Below are positions 63,147 to 64,000 of a DNA stretch of 64,000 bases, one piece after another. The stretch is from assembly GCA_050273025.1 (NCBI GenBank), contig CP158636.1, positions 3,534,001-3,598,000 on the forward strand, written 5' to 3'. A program made the position numbers and the translations under genes. This DNA is from Cenococcum geophilum (Eukaryota). Position 1 is the stretch's first letter. Every line of letters begins with the position of its first letter. The notes below the pieces were generated by a model. That model ran no database searches, was not told the origin of the DNA, and was given only the letters and a program-made list of their open reading frames with translations.

Positions 63147-64000
63147 ATGGCGGGCTTCATCCAAAAAGGTGCAAAGAATATTCTCCAAAAGAATCCAGAA
63201 GATGTGGTTTTCCTTTCTGCCTTCCGCACCCCCGTGACACGGGCGAAGAAGGGCGGATTGCGGAACGCCTACGACCATGAAATGCTCGCGGCTGTAAGCT
63301 CTTCTTTCCATGGCCTTTGGTCAAATTAGCTTACACTCCTTTTAGGTCCTCAAAGCCACCCTCGAGAAACACCCTAACCTCGATCCTTCCAAAGTCGAAG
63401 ATATCATGGTCGGCACTGTGCTTTCAGAACTCGGAGGCTCTAAAGCCGGTCGCATGGCGGCCAACCATGTCGGCTTCCCCAGCACTACTGCATTCCATAC
63501 CGTAAACAGGGCATGTGCGTCTGGCCTCGCTGCTGTGACGGGTATTGCACATTCTATTGCTGTCGGCAGCATCGATGTTGGCATCGGAGGCGGCATGGAG
63601 AGCATGACAAGGAACTATGGGTCTCGCGCCATCCCAACACAATTATGGAAGGATCTAAAGGAGAGTCCAGTGAAAGACGCGAGAGACTGTGTAATGGGCA
63701 TGGGTAACACATCTGAGAATGTGGCGGAGCGGTACGGAGTCAGCAGGGCCGATCAGGATGCCTTCGCGGCGCGGAGCCAACAGAAGGCAGCCAAAGCGCA
63801 GAAAGAAGGGTTCTTTAGCCAGGAGATCGTGCCTGTTACAACGAAGTGGCGACCGGACCCTGAAGTCCCGGAGAACGAGGAGACGATCACAGTTACGAAA
63901 GATGACGGGATTAGGCCAACTACAACCGTTGAGAAGCTGGCAACGATGAAGCCAGCGTTCAAGGAAAATGGAACTAGTACTGCGGGGAACAGCTCGCAGG
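63147..64000 (+). CDS. 3-ketoacyl-CoA thiolase (5' part; continues beyond the window)
   Basis: RTPVTRAKKGG; exon 1 63147-63293, exon 2 from 63346. TVNRACASGL (active-site Cys), GGMESM, MGNTSENVA, FSQEIVPV, DDGIRP, TAGNSSQ. Confidence 0.93.

Overview
Filamentous ascomycete (Pezizomycotina-type) genomic DNA. GC-balanced gene islands (~9.5-12.9 kb, ~17.5-25 kb, ~55.2-60.5 kb, >62.6 kb) alternate with AT-rich blocks of transposons whose ORFs are riddled with C>T/G>A stops, the signature of RIP. Intact intron-containing genes: a GT90/CAP10-like glycosyltransferase, a Cys-rich type I membrane protein, a DHA1 MFS exporter, an asparagine-synthetase-like amidotransferase (with a GC-AG intron), an MCT-type MFS transporter and the 5' part of a 3-ketoacyl-CoA thiolase. 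There are also pseudogenes of a NACHT NLR and a kinase-like protein. Much of the TE content can be resolved to the base. A ~3.7 kb hAT element is inflated to 21.6 kb by a Gypsy (itself carrying a solo LTR), a full-length Tad-type LINE and a Copia, each with its TSD. Further nested Copia and Gypsy elements, a piggyBac-like element, a Tc1 and several MITEs are present. The most unusual signal is a palindrome/CCAAT module shared, in the same position (between pol and PPT) and sense orientation, by two unrelated Gypsy elements and a Copia. Next is a piggyBac-like element with non-canonical TTA|TCCC...GGGA|TAA ends and a second convergent coiled-coil ORF. An LTR-like segment also sits at the promoter of the amidotransferase gene. 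All coordinates and counts were read by eye, and no database search was run.
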